Assembly: GCA_963696385.1 (NCBI GenBank)
Contig: CAVOKF010000004.1
Span: 416,001-480,000 of the forward strand
Reading direction: 5' to 3'
DNA: 64,000 nt
Origin: an uncultured delta proteobacterium
GTDB lineage: Bacteria; Myxococcota_A; Polyangia; Polyangiales; Polyangiaceae
The notes beneath the pieces are model-generated. The model was not told the origin of the DNA. It ran no database searches and saw only the letters and a program-made list of their open reading frames with translations. This document shows, in pieces, positions 9,652-19,716 of this stretch. Position numbers and translations under genes: made by a program. Each line of letters opens with the position of its first letter. Position 1 is the stretch's first letter.

Positions 9652-10878
9652 GTGACCGGCTATCGTCGCCTTTCACGTCGCGCCCTCGCCGTCGCGTGGA
9701 TCGGTTGCCTGTTTGTTGTCCTGCCTACGGCTTGCGGCGAGCAAGAGTCCGAGTTCCCGCTGCTTGAGAACTTGGGCTCCGGGTACGCGGAACCGGACGC
9801 CGCGGCGCTCGACCTGCAGCCCGCCGAAGCGGCCACGCCCACATGCGACTTAGGCCCCAACGGTGGAGTCTGCGCATGTGTCGACGAACCCATCGTCGTC
9901 GACCCGCCCAACGTCTATTTCGTGCTCGACCGTTCGGGGAGCATGGCCGAGGACAACAAGTGGCCGACAATCATCAGCGTCATCGGCGAAATCGTCATCG
10001 CGCTCGGGCCTCGAGCCGTCATCGGCGCCGCGGTGTTTCCCGATCCCTACTTGGCCGCCAACCAGCCGGTCGACTTGCCTACGGCCTGCGAAGCCGGAAT
10101 CGAAGTGTTTGCCCCGCGCCAGGGCAACGCACCGGCCGGAACGCCAGGTGCGACCGCGCTCGCGTTCCTCAGCGCGCTCGGTCACATCGGAGCCGACGGA
10201 GGGACGCCAACGGCGGCGACGCTCGTGGCACTCGAGCCCCGCCTGCGGTCTTTGCCGGGCAAGACGTTCGTCGTTCTCGCAACCGATGGCGGTCCCAATT
10301 GCGATGAGTCGCTCACGTGTGGCATCGCTCAGTGTCAGCCGAACATCGACGGCGACTGTCCGGTGGCTCCGAGTAGCTGCTGCACCGACGGCTCCTCGGT
10401 GGCCAATCAACGGATCGCCAACCTGTCGTGCCTGGATTCCGCGGCGACCCTCGGCGCCGTTCAGACGCTGGCCAACGACGGCATTCCCGTGTACGTCGTC
10501 GGCGTGCCCGGCAGCGAGGTGTATGCCGATCTTCTGGATCAGCTCGCCCAGGCGGGAGGCACTGCGCGCGCCGGTGACGAGGCCGGCACCCAGTACTACG
10601 CCGTAAGCACGGCGGATCAAGCCGCGTTCGCGGCGACCTTGTCCAAAGTGGCGGCGGCGATCACGGGCAGCTGCACGCTGCAGCTGAACGAGGCTCCGGT
10701 CGACCCCACGCTGGTCAACGTATTTTTCGACGAGCAGCCGGTTCCGCAGCCCGGTCCCGATGGCTGGACGCTGACCGGCGCAACCGTGACGATCCTCGGT
10801 GCGAGCTGCCAGAAGATCGCCGATGGCGACGTGCTGGACGTTCGCGTCGTCGTGGGCTGCCCAACGGCCCTTCGCTGA
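9652..10878 (+). CDS. Cys-rich VWA-domain lipoprotein (CglB-like)
   Basis: Lipobox-like LPTAC; MIDAS motif VLDRSGSM; GGTPT; VLATDGGP; many Cys. Start at GTG 9652 is inferred. Confidence 0.8.
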   Translation: MTGYRRLSRRALAVAWIGCLFVVLPTACGEQESEFPLLENLGSGYAEPDAAALDLQPAEAATPTCDLGPNGGVCACVDEPIVVDPPNVYFVLDRSGSMAEDNKWPTIISVIGEIVIALGPRAVIGAAVFPDPYLAANQPVDLPTACEAGIEVFAPRQGNAPAGTPGATALAFLSALGHIGADGGTPTAATLVALEPRLRSLPGKTFVVLATDGGPNCDESLTCGIAQCQPNIDGDCPVAPSSCCTDGSSVANQRIANLSCLDSAATLGAVQTLANDGIPVYVVGVPGSEVYADLLDQLAQAGGTARAGDEAGTQYYAVSTADQAAFAATLSKVAAAITGSCTLQLNEAPVDPTLVNVFFDEQPVPQPGPDGWTLTGATVTILGASCQKIADGDVLDVRVVVGCPTALR

Positions 10879-10985
10879 CGATCCGGGTTACGGCCCATCG
10901 CGATCCCCGATGTCGCGCAGTCTTGCCGGCCCCTTCCTGAAGTCGGCCGGAGGCGACAGGGGCGGCTCGAATCCCCACGGTCCGT

Positions 10986-12128
10986 TCAGTGCAGCGTGTA
11001 CCAGCGTCCCTCGTGCTCGACGACGGGGACCGAGGGCACGCGCGCCACGTGCGTCGCCTCATTTGCCGGCTCGATGGCGGGGGCCTTCGGGTCCACCAAG
11101 GACACGCGGGCTTCGGCCAACGCCTCTTCGCGAGCCCACTGCGCCAGCTTGGCCTTCGCCTGTTTGCGTTTGGTCGCCCACGCCGCGATCGACAGCGCCG
11201 CGATCAGAGCCCAAAGGACGCCGCCGCCGGTCAGCGCCGGCACCCAGCCGAAGCGACGTCCGACGTCCTCACGCCATTGGTATTCGAGCGTGCGCACGTC
11301 GGTGCCGTAGGCGTCCTCGAGCGCTCTGTCGAACGCGATGCCCGCTCGGAGCCGCTGAATGAGCGAACCGAAGCGTGCCCGATCGGCGTCTCGCATCAAG
11401 AAGCGGACGACGTCGGCCGATTCCGCGTACGCGACGCTCACCTCGGCGCAATCGTTCGGGAACGCGCGGTCGAGCTCGGGCAGGGGGATCAATCGCCTCG
11501 AAAGGGAAGCGTTCCAGAGCTCGGTCCAACGCTTCAGGTAAAGCTCGCCCGACGCGTGAATGGCGACCCCTTCGTCGAACCAGCGTGGCACGTCGTGGTT
11601 GGCCACCGCGTCCGCGAGAGCCACGTGCGTCAGCTCGTGTTTGAGGACCTCCGACAAGTCGGGCGCTTCCCACGTGTCGGGAGCCTGCAGCGTGAGCACG
11701 ATGAGGTGCAGGGACGGGTACGCGACACCGGCGGCGTAGGCGGGGGGAGGGGCTCCGCGCGGCGCGAGTTCGACCATCTGTTCCGGACTTCGTGCCACGC
11801 GGACCCGTACCCGCTCCAGCAGCGGTCCACCGAGATCCTCGGCGAGTTGCGCCCGCAGGTCGTCGGCGTCGCGCAGCAAGGAGTCGACGCGTGACCGCAC
11901 GCTCATCGGAAACTCGACCACCAACCAGCCATGGTCGAGCCGCCGGAAATCACGCGGTAGGTCGGGCAGCGTTGCGGTGGCCGGTTGAGAGACCATGCCT
12001 ACGTCGCGCGCGTGCGGCAGCTCGCTTTCCGGATCGGTCGAGGCGCCTGCCCGGACGGCCCAGAACACCACCAGAGACGCGAGCGCCAGGAGGAACGAAT
12101 GGACCTCGACCCATCGCCGTCGGTTCAT
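10986..12128 (-). CDS. Peptidase MA-like zinc metallopeptidase, C-terminally membrane anchored
   Basis: HELTH...VPRWFDEGVA gluzincin motif, signal-like N-terminus and C-terminal TM. ATG 12128 overlaps the upstream stop. Confidence 0.85.
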   Translation of the reverse strand: MNRRRWVEVHSFLLALASLVVFWAVRAGASTDPESELPHARDVGMVSQPATATLPDLPRDFRRLDHGWLVVEFPMSVRSRVDSLLRDADDLRAQLAEDLGGPLLERVRVRVARSPEQMVELAPRGAPPPAYAAGVAYPSLHLIVLTLQAPDTWEAPDLSEVLKHELTHVALADAVANHDVPRWFDEGVAIHASGELYLKRWTELWNASLSRRLIPLPELDRAFPNDCAEVSVAYAESADVVRFLMRDADRARFGSLIQRLRAGIAFDRALEDAYGTDVRTLEYQWREDVGRRFGWVPALTGGGVLWALIAALSIAAWATKRKQAKAKLAQWAREEALAEARVSLVDPKAPAIEPANEATHVARVPSVPVVEHEGRWYTLH

Positions 12129-12859
12129 GGATGCGGCACCTGCACCACAAGATGGATCGTGGGAGAGCCGCTGTCTCGCGTCACGAGGTAGGTCACTCCG
12201 GCGGCCGCGGCGGCGAGCGCCACCGCGCCCCAGAACCAGGGAGACGAGTAAAAAGGCCGGCCCCCTCGCCCATCGGCGGGCGGCATCTCGTGCGTCGCCA
12301 GCGCGGGCGCCGCCGCCGGAGCGGACCCCAAGGTGCGGGCCAGTGAGCGGGCCGCGGCCGACCATGACACCGGTAGCCGGCCGGCGTCGGGGACGTACGT
12401 TGCTGCGTCGAACGCTCCGAGGTCGGCCAGAAACACGTGCGCGACAGGGTGACCGCCGTCGACTCGGACGAGAACGAGCGCGCGCAAACCGAAGCGATGC
12501 GCGAGCGCGCCCAGCAGTGCCCGCGATGGAGCATCGTCGCCTCGAACCGCTGCGATCGTATCGGCAATGTCGCGCTCATCGGCCGAGGCGCCCGGGGCGG
12601 GCGGCTCGCCGCACAAGATTCGCGCATAAGCTTCGTCGAGTGTGCGGGCCCGAAGCGACGCATCGCCGTAAATCGCTTGCGCGAGCGGCCAGGCTGCATC
12701 GGTCGCTGCCGAGAGCGCGACCACCGCGACGCCTTCGCCGGGGGCGGCAGGCTGAATCGTCGACGGCACCGCGCTGGCGGCGGGGGGGCTCGCCCAGGCG
12801 GACCCTGCAAACACCGTGGCGACAACCAGGACGCACAAGGCGCAGCAAACGTGCTTCAT
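12125..12859 (-). CDS. Hypothetical exported protein with C-terminal anchor
   Basis: MKHVCCALCVLVVATVFAGSAWA signal peptide; C-terminal PFYSSPWFWGAVALAAAA segment. ATGA overlaps on both sides. Confidence 0.75.
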   Translation of the reverse strand: MKHVCCALCVLVVATVFAGSAWASPPAASAVPSTIQPAAPGEGVAVVALSAATDAAWPLAQAIYGDASLRARTLDEAYARILCGEPPAPGASADERDIADTIAAVRGDDAPSRALLGALAHRFGLRALVLVRVDGGHPVAHVFLADLGAFDAATYVPDAGRLPVSWSAAARSLARTLGSAPAAAPALATHEMPPADGRGGRPFYSSPWFWGAVALAAAAAGVTYLVTRDSGSPTIHLVVQVPHP

Positions 12860-13668
12860 TCGGAAGCCTCCGGGACCCAGCGTGCGGCCGCGGAGAATGC
12901 CGGCGCGTGCTCGTCGATCGCGTGGCGCAAGGTGGCGTCGCGCAGCGCCGTGACTCCAAGTACCGCGATGACGATGGCAACCGGGGGTCCCGAGAGCGCC
13001 AAGGGCCGGCGCAATGCGAACGATGGCTGAGCCGCAAACCCGGCGGCGAGCGCGAAAGCGAGGACGTCGACGACAATCGCCGCCGCGCTCGCGGATGCCG
13101 GATCGTGGGCCGTTGCGCGCATGAATTGCACTCCGACCCAACCGACGGCCGCCGCCATGGCCGTGCCGAGGGCCATCGCCATGACTCGGCGCATTGTGGG
13201 CGACGCCGCGCGCAGGATCGCGACGAAGCGGGCGCATAGCACGGCCGAGCCGACTGCAAGCGCGAGCGCGCCGAATGCGAACGTCACACCCGCGAGCGCG
13301 TGATGGTGGGTGGTCGCACGCAGGACGCTGCCGAAGACCGAGAACGTGACGAGCAGCGATGCGAGCCAAAGCGCCAGCCCGAACGCCCGCACCTCCACTC
13401 CCAGCCCCGCAAACGCGCGCAGTCCTTCCCGAGCCCCCCGGAGCACGAGTATCGACGCTACCATCGGTCCGAGCGCGGCCGCCGCGAGAGCCACCGCGAC
13501 GCGCATCTCGCTCTCGTCCGGGCCGATGGCCGCGCACACGCGCAGCGTAGCCGGCAGAACGCAAACGAGAGTGGCGAACGCTCCGAGGCCAATGGCCGTG
13601 CCCAAACGCACGGAACGCGACCCGGTCCGCTCGGGGACTCCGGGTGGGATCGACATGGAAATGGGCAT
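12856..13668 (-). CDS. Hypothetical multi-pass membrane protein
   Basis: About 7 hydrophobic segments. Start uncertain (13668 or 13656). Confidence 0.72.
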   Translation of the reverse strand: MPISMSIPPGVPERTGSRSVRLGTAIGLGAFATLVCVLPATLRVCAAIGPDESEMRVAVALAAAALGPMVASILVLRGAREGLRAFAGLGVEVRAFGLALWLASLLVTFSVFGSVLRATTHHHALAGVTFAFGALALAVGSAVLCARFVAILRAASPTMRRVMAMALGTAMAAAVGWVGVQFMRATAHDPASASAAAIVVDVLAFALAAGFAAQPSFALRRPLALSGPPVAIVIAVLGVTALRDATLRHAIDEHAPAFSAAARWVPEASE

Positions 13669-13777
13669 GCCTCGGACCGAGGCAATGTAGCAACGCTTCA
13701 AAAGTCATTCGGTGAGAAGTGGTAGCGCTCTGCCGTGCTGGCCAGCGGCGAGCGCTTCGTGCTACGGGCGACAGGCC

Positions 13778-16700
13778 ATGTCGAGCCGTACGTCCGAGGG
13801 GAGGGACAGCGAGACAGGGCGGCTCGGCAGTGCTCGCGCCGACTTCGTTGCGTCGCTCGGGCGTAAGGTCGCCGACGCCCGCGACCTTTTGTCCGCCATC
13901 GAGGACGACCCGACCTCCAAGGTCATCCGGGACGAACTGCGCCGGCGGCTGCACGCCCTCGGGTCCGGCGCGCGCCTGTTGCGTTTCGAAGCGATGGCGC
14001 GTGCTCTCCAGCAGGCTCTCGTCGTGCTCGAGCAGGCGGCGCACGCCGGTTGCCTCCGCGAGGCGGAGGTCGCCTTCGTCGGTCAGACCCTCGATTCATT
14101 GCGGGGGCTCGCGTGGGGGGATGCGGCTCCGCGGCAAGCGCCGGCCCACGCCCACGACGATTCGGACGAGGCGCCCGGTCATCCGCCGATCACGGTGCTG
14201 GTCGTCGGCGGCGAAGATTTGGCCGAGGCCCTCATGGACGACGGCATCGCGCGCATCCGCGCGTTCGAGTGCGAGCGAACCGCGGATCTCGACACGGCAC
14301 TGCAGCTGGCGCGGGCGTATGCCCCGGATCTCGTTCTGGTGGACGCGGACCTGGCCCGGGCGACCGACCTGGTCGCGGCGCTGCTCGACGACCCGCTGAC
14401 CGAGCCCGTGCCGATCATCGTCGTCGGCACCTTTCGGATGGCGGACGATGCGGCTCGCTTCGTCGCGCTGGGCGTCGCCGAGATCGCTCGGCAAGCCGGT
14501 TACCCCCGAGCTCATTCGCGCAACCTGCGACGAGATTCTCGACTCGCGCGAAGGCCGAACCTTGCGGGTGACCCTCGGGGAGCCCACGCTCGAGCAGCTC
14601 GCCGACCGTCTGGCCGACGAGTTGAAGCGTGCGCTCGTCGACAGCGTCGACCGGTCGGCGCGCTCGCTGCGCGTTCCGCTGGGCGAGGGAACGGAAGTGC
14701 TCGGTGCGCTCTGGGGCGCGATTGCTCGCATTCAGGAAATCGTGGCTCAGCGAACGGGGGGGGCCATTCAATTCGACGGGGGCGCACCGGAGGGGTCGAT
14801 CGCGGTCGCGCCCTGGCTGCATCACGAGACGCCCTCCAATCGGCGGACCGGTCGCGGGCGCGGCGCCGCAGCCGACGTGCGGCTCAAGGGCCGGCGCGTC
14901 GTCGTAGCGGACGACGACCCGGGCGTCACTTGGTTCATTTCCGATCTGCTTCGCACGGCGGGCTGCGAAGTTCACGAGGCGCTCGACGGCCGGACGGCGC
15001 TCGACATCGCGTTTCGCGTCCAGCCCGAGCTCGTCGTGAGCGACATCTTGATGCCTGGGCTCGACGGGTTCGCGTTGAGCCGCGCCATTCGCCGTGACGT
15101 CGCGTTGCGCGACACACCGGTGATCCTTCTGTCGTGGAAAGAGGACCTCTTGCAGCGCGTGCGCGAACTCGGCGCCAGTGCGGCCGCCTACATGCGCAAG
15201 GAGAGCGACTCGCGCGCCGTTCTCGCTCGAGTTCGCGAAGTTCTTCGCCCTCGCGCGCGCATCGAGATGAGACTGCGGGGAGAAGGCGAAGCCCGAGGTC
15301 GGCTGGACGGGCTTTCGCCGCGCCTTCTGCTCGACCTCGTGTGCGTCGTGCGCAAGGACGCCCGCGTCTCGGTCCGTGACGCGATGTTCGTGTACGAGAT
15401 CGACATCCGTGGGGGAGCGCCTCGCAAAATCACGCGTACGGCCAGCGATGGCAGCTACCAGAGCGGCGAACGAGCCCTCGCGAGCCTCCTCGGGGTCGGT
15501 TCCGGGCGTTTCGCCGTCGCCACCACCCACGACCCCATCCGAGGCGATCTGACCGGGAGCCTCGCCGAGCAACTCGCACGGCCGATCGCCGCCGCGCGCG
15601 GGGCCCTCGCGGCGACCACCGGGGCCACCACGATTCAAGTCGAGCGCATTACGATCGACGATGCCGTGCTCGGCGAATACTTGCGCGCGACGCCGGAGCC
15701 GGCGCGGGTCCTCATCCAACGCCTATCGTCGGGCGCTTCGCCCCGGCAGATGCTTCTTGCGGGGGACGCCTCGCCGGTGCTGCTCGAAGACGTTCTCGCC
15801 AATCTCGCCGCTCGCGGGGCCATCCGCAGCGTCGAGGGGTACGACGGCGCCGACTTGCTCACCCCGGCTGTCGACGAGGCGCTTGCCGTGCTTCGAGGTT
15901 CGGCCCGCAGGTTCACCCTCCCGCCGAATGCGCGCCCGAGCGCCCCCGTGCCCGTCGGCACCTTCGGACGAACGCCGGCCAGCCCCCCCCCGGCTCCCCG
16001 GGCGCCCGCGCCTGCCCCGCCCCCCACGCCCGTCCCTTCACCGTCCGGCTCGACGCTCGGGGTGCCGCCGGCCAATCCGTCTCCGTCGCCTTTGCCCTTT
16101 GCGCTCCATGCGGGGGTCACGTCGCCCGAGCCGCCGCCCGACCGGTCGGACGAAGACGCCGACGCGCCGTCGTCGCTCGAGGACGCCGTGATGCGCGAGA
16201 TCAGCGAACAATCGCCGGAGCCGGGGTTGGTTCATTCAGGCCCGGCGCTTCGTTCGATTGTCGAAGCGAGTGAGCTCCGTCCGCGTTCGTCGGATCCGCC
16301 CGCCAATCACGACGAAGAGGCCGATGTTCGGGCTCTTCCCTCCGTGCCGCCCGACGCCATCGTGCCCGAGACGAGCGCGGAATCGGCCGCGTCCTTCTCG
16401 GAATTCGGCTCGATCGAGCGCACCGCCAAAATGCCGATGCCGGTCGACCGCGAAGGGCGTTCGTCCGAAGAGCCGGCGTCGCCGTGGGCCGCCGAACATT
16501 CGAGCGCAGACCGCGAGACGGCAGAAGCGTACGTTGGGGCCTTTGCCGTCGCCGATGAGCCCGAAAGGAGCGATGTGCAAGCGACCGCGGCTGCGGAACA
16601 CGCCGCGCGGGTGGCCGCGCCAAAGGGCGATCCGCGGACCTCGCAGGCGCAAGGGGCATCCGTTCGGGCGGAGCCGTTGGGCATTGAGCCACGGGACCCC

Positions 16701-17144
16701 ATGGGCGTCGAGCCGAGAAGCCGACGGGCCAAGGTCGGGGGCTTCGTCCCGGCGCTCGTCGTATTGGGTGCCGCCGTCGCGGTCATTTTGTACGTCGACT
16801 CGCGCGAGGCCGAGCGGCCCCATTCGCACACCCCGGCGGTCACGGCTTCGGCGGCTCGAGCGATTCCAATCCCGACGGCATCGACTGGGCGGGATCCATC
16901 CGCGATCGACGATCTGCCTCTCGGCGGCGAAGTCCCCGCCGGTTACGGCTTCCTGGAGGCGTTTGTCCCCGCGGGGGCGCTCGTTCAAGTGGACGGTGCA
17001 CGCGCAGGCACCGGCCCGCAGATAGGAAGCCCGCTCAGCCCCGGATATCACGAACTCAGGGTCGAGCAGGCCGGTCGAACCTCCACTCAGGTGGTCGAGG
17101 TTCGGGCCGGCAAGACGACGCGGGTGCATGTGGCTTTGCCGTGA
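13778..17144 (+). CDS. Multi-domain response regulator (Hpt-like, REC, REC, DUF4388-like, Pro-rich linker, TM, PEGA-like); apparent +1 frameshift near 14480
   Basis: First frame: RRLHALGSGARLL and PDLVLVDAD. Second frame: VVVADDD, VVSDILMPGLDG, PVILLS, AAAYMRK. Removing one base near 14480 joins them as GVARSLGKPVT. Confidence 0.8.
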
Positions 17145-19441
17145 GCGCATGGAGCCGCCCGCTGCTCCTTACGCTGGCTTTCAGCGCCTGCGGCCGAGGG
17201 TCGGCCGGGCTGCCTGCGCCTGCGGCCGCCGGCTCCGACCCGGATCCGCAAGACGCGTCGAGCGCACCTTCGCGCTCCGTCGTGCTGGACATGTCCGCGA
17301 CGTTGGAGGCCTGCGCGTTCGGCCATCGAGGGGTCCTGCTCGACTTTGGCGAACCGTCGATGGTCGCCAGTCTTCGGCCTGGTTCGCTCCGCCCAGGGCA
17401 AGACGAAACCGTCGAACGCGCCGGTGCGACATGGCTGCGAGCCCACTCCCGAACGCTTTCGGCGACGTTCTATTGGCCTGCCTCGGCGAGCGAGATTCCG
17501 GATTCCGGCACGTATGCCGAGGCTCGGGTCTACGGGCTGCTGGCGCGCAGTGTCTCCGTGGCCATCGATGGCAAGATCCTCGGCGTATGGGCGCTCGGCA
17601 AAGGCCAGACGCGCGTCGTAGCGGCTCGCGGATCGAACGTCAGTTTGGCCCCCGGCGGCCACGAGCTCACGCTGCACTTCGTCGGTGGCGCCCGTGCGAG
17701 CGACGAAGCCCTGGCCGAAATCGATTGGGTGCACATCGGCACGGGAGAGGTCGCCGACTCGTATCCGGCTCCCACTCGTGCCGACGTCGTGGTCGACGCG
17801 ACGCTCTCGGGACAATCGCTCCACGCTCTATCCCTTCTTGCGCCCGGGTTCGTCCGCTGTTCGGGATGGATCCCCGCCAACGCGACGCTCGAAACGGAAC
17901 TGTCCACAGTGGGCGGGGGCGATGCCGACGTCGAGGCACGCCTCCTTCGTGACCGTCATTCTCCGATTGTGCTCGGCACGGCCACGGTGGCCGGGGGCGC
18001 GGCCGCGTGGACCCCGTGGTCCGTGCCGGTGACCGGACTGGAGGGTGACGGCGCGCTTGCCTCCATCGAACTCATCGCCAAACGAGCTGCAAAGGGCACG
18101 CGCCTACTGCTCGGGGCCCCTCGCGTGGTGGCAGCCGGTTCGATTGTCGCCCCCCCGCCGCCGGTCGAGCATGGAGTCGTTCTCGTCGTTCTCGGAAGCA
18201 CGGCGGCTCGATCGCTGGCGCCATGGGGAGGACCGCACGTCGTTCCGGAACTCGCGAGCCTGGCGTTGACCGGAGCCACGTTTTTGGCACACCGGGCATC
18301 GAGTTCGCTCGCGACGGCCGTGATGGCGTCGATGCTGACGGGGTTGTCCTCCCGCGCTCATGGCCTCGGCAATCCGGACGCCCGGCTGTCGGATGCCCTG
18401 ACGACGGTCGAGGATGCGTGCCGTCAAGGCGGCATCGCCACCGCGATGTTCACCGCGAATCCGACGACCGGTGCCGCCTTCGGTTTCGCCCGAGGCTGGG
18501 ACCAGTTCGTCGCCCACGATCCGCTCGAGGACGTGCCCGCGACCAGGGTCTTCGACGATGCGGCCGAATGGATCGGGGCGCATCGGGCGAGCCGCTTCTT
18601 CGTCGTCGTTCATGCGCGTGGCGGTCATCCGCCTTGGGACGCGAGCCCCGACGAGTTGAAGACGATGCCGCCGGAGGGCTATTTCGGCATGATCGAGCCG
18701 CGTCGGGCGGCCGAGGCGCTCATGAAGGCTCGCCGGCACCCCGGCCGCTTCAAGGAGGATGACCGCGTGCGGGCCTGGGCGCTCTACGATCGAGCGATCG
18801 ACGCGCACGATGTGGCTCTCGGGCGGCTGGTCGGTGCCCTTCGCAGCGCAGGGCGCGAAGCCGACACGGCCGTGATCGTCACCGCGGACGTTGCGGCGAA
18901 CGAGTCCGCCCCCGTCCCATTCAGCGATCCGGACACGCTCGACGAACCTCAACTGTCCGTTCCGCTGGTGGTGCGCTGGCCTCAAGCCCATTGGCTTGCG
19001 GGTCGTCGCGTCGAAGCCGCGAGCGCTCCGGTGGACCTCGCGCGAACGGTGCTCGATGCCCTCGGGCTCGTGCCGCCGGTCGCCTTCGAGGGCGTGGACG
19101 TCGCCGCTCTGGCTCGGGGGGCGCTATGGCCCGAGCAGCGGCCTTTGTTGGCAACCCGTGGCGGTCGCTTCTCTGCGCGTTGGGGGCCGTACGTGCTGCT
19201 TGGAGGTCGCGACCATGAGACCCGCTTGTGCGATCTTTCGCTCGACCCGTCGTGCGTGGCGGACGTTCGAGGGACGTCGCCGCTCGCGCTCGAGCCTTTG
19301 CGCCGGTGGACGCTCGCTGCACTCGCGCCTCCATGGCCCCCCGCGCCACCCCGCACGGCCGCTCGTTTGGACGATCACACCATTTCGGCTCTGATGAGAT
19401 GGGGTCGCCCTTCGGAAGGCGAGCGAGAGGAAGACTTCTAG
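17141..19441 (+). CDS. Sulfatase-like (alkaline phosphatase superfamily) lipoprotein, probably non-catalytic
   Basis: Lipobox-like FSAC; ASMLTG, GFARGWD, YDRAI, VIVTAD and VPLVVRWP sulfatase-fold motifs; no C/SxPxR signature. Confidence 0.8.
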   Translation: MSAWSRPLLLTLAFSACGRGSAGLPAPAAAGSDPDPQDASSAPSRSVVLDMSATLEACAFGHRGVLLDFGEPSMVASLRPGSLRPGQDETVERAGATWLRAHSRTLSATFYWPASASEIPDSGTYAEARVYGLLARSVSVAIDGKILGVWALGKGQTRVVAARGSNVSLAPGGHELTLHFVGGARASDEALAEIDWVHIGTGEVADSYPAPTRADVVVDATLSGQSLHALSLLAPGFVRCSGWIPANATLETELSTVGGGDADVEARLLRDRHSPIVLGTATVAGGAAAWTPWSVPVTGLEGDGALASIELIAKRAAKGTRLLLGAPRVVAAGSIVAPPPPVEHGVVLVVLGSTAARSLAPWGGPHVVPELASLALTGATFLAHRASSSLATAVMASMLTGLSSRAHGLGNPDARLSDALTTVEDACRQGGIATAMFTANPTTGAAFGFARGWDQFVAHDPLEDVPATRVFDDAAEWIGAHRASRFFVVVHARGGHPPWDASPDELKTMPPEGYFGMIEPRRAAEALMKARRHPGRFKEDDRVRAWALYDRAIDAHDVALGRLVGALRSAGREADTAVIVTADVAANESAPVPFSDPDTLDEPQLSVPLVVRWPQAHWLAGRRVEAASAPVDLARTVLDALGLVPPVAFEGVDVAALARGALWPEQRPLLATRGGRFSARWGPYVLLGGRDHETRLCDLSLDPSCVADVRGTSPLALEPLRRWTLAALAPPWPPAPPRTAARLDDHTISALMRWGRPSEGEREEDF

Positions 19442-19530
19442 GGTGACGGGAGTCTTCTAGGGTGACGGGAGTCTTCTCGGCGGGCGGACTTCCAGGGTGA
19501 TGGGAGACTTCCAAGGTGATGGGAGCTTCT
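19433..19530. repeat. Imperfect 19-bp tandem repeat, G(A/T)CTTC(T/C)A(G/A)GGTGA(C/T)GGGA
   Basis: Copies at 19433-19451, 19452-19470, 19487-19505 and 19506-19524, plus partial units at 19471 and 19525. Confidence 0.9.
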
Positions 19531-19716
19531 GCCGGAGGGAGTAGGTGAAGGGACGCAGACGAGACGCGCCCGATCGCCTGAAAACGCGTAGCCAATCAGC
19601 GGCGGCGTTGTTGCGATCCAGCCGCCGCGCCCATCGCGAGGGTGCGCGCTCGCAACGCACCTGATCCGCGCCCGCCTGGCGGCGGTTTCGTCCGATTTCA
19701 TCTCACGAGGCCCTCC

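Noticed and set aside
19433..19530. CRISPR array
   Set aside because: Units are 19 bp and directly adjacent, with no unique spacers and no cas genes in the window.
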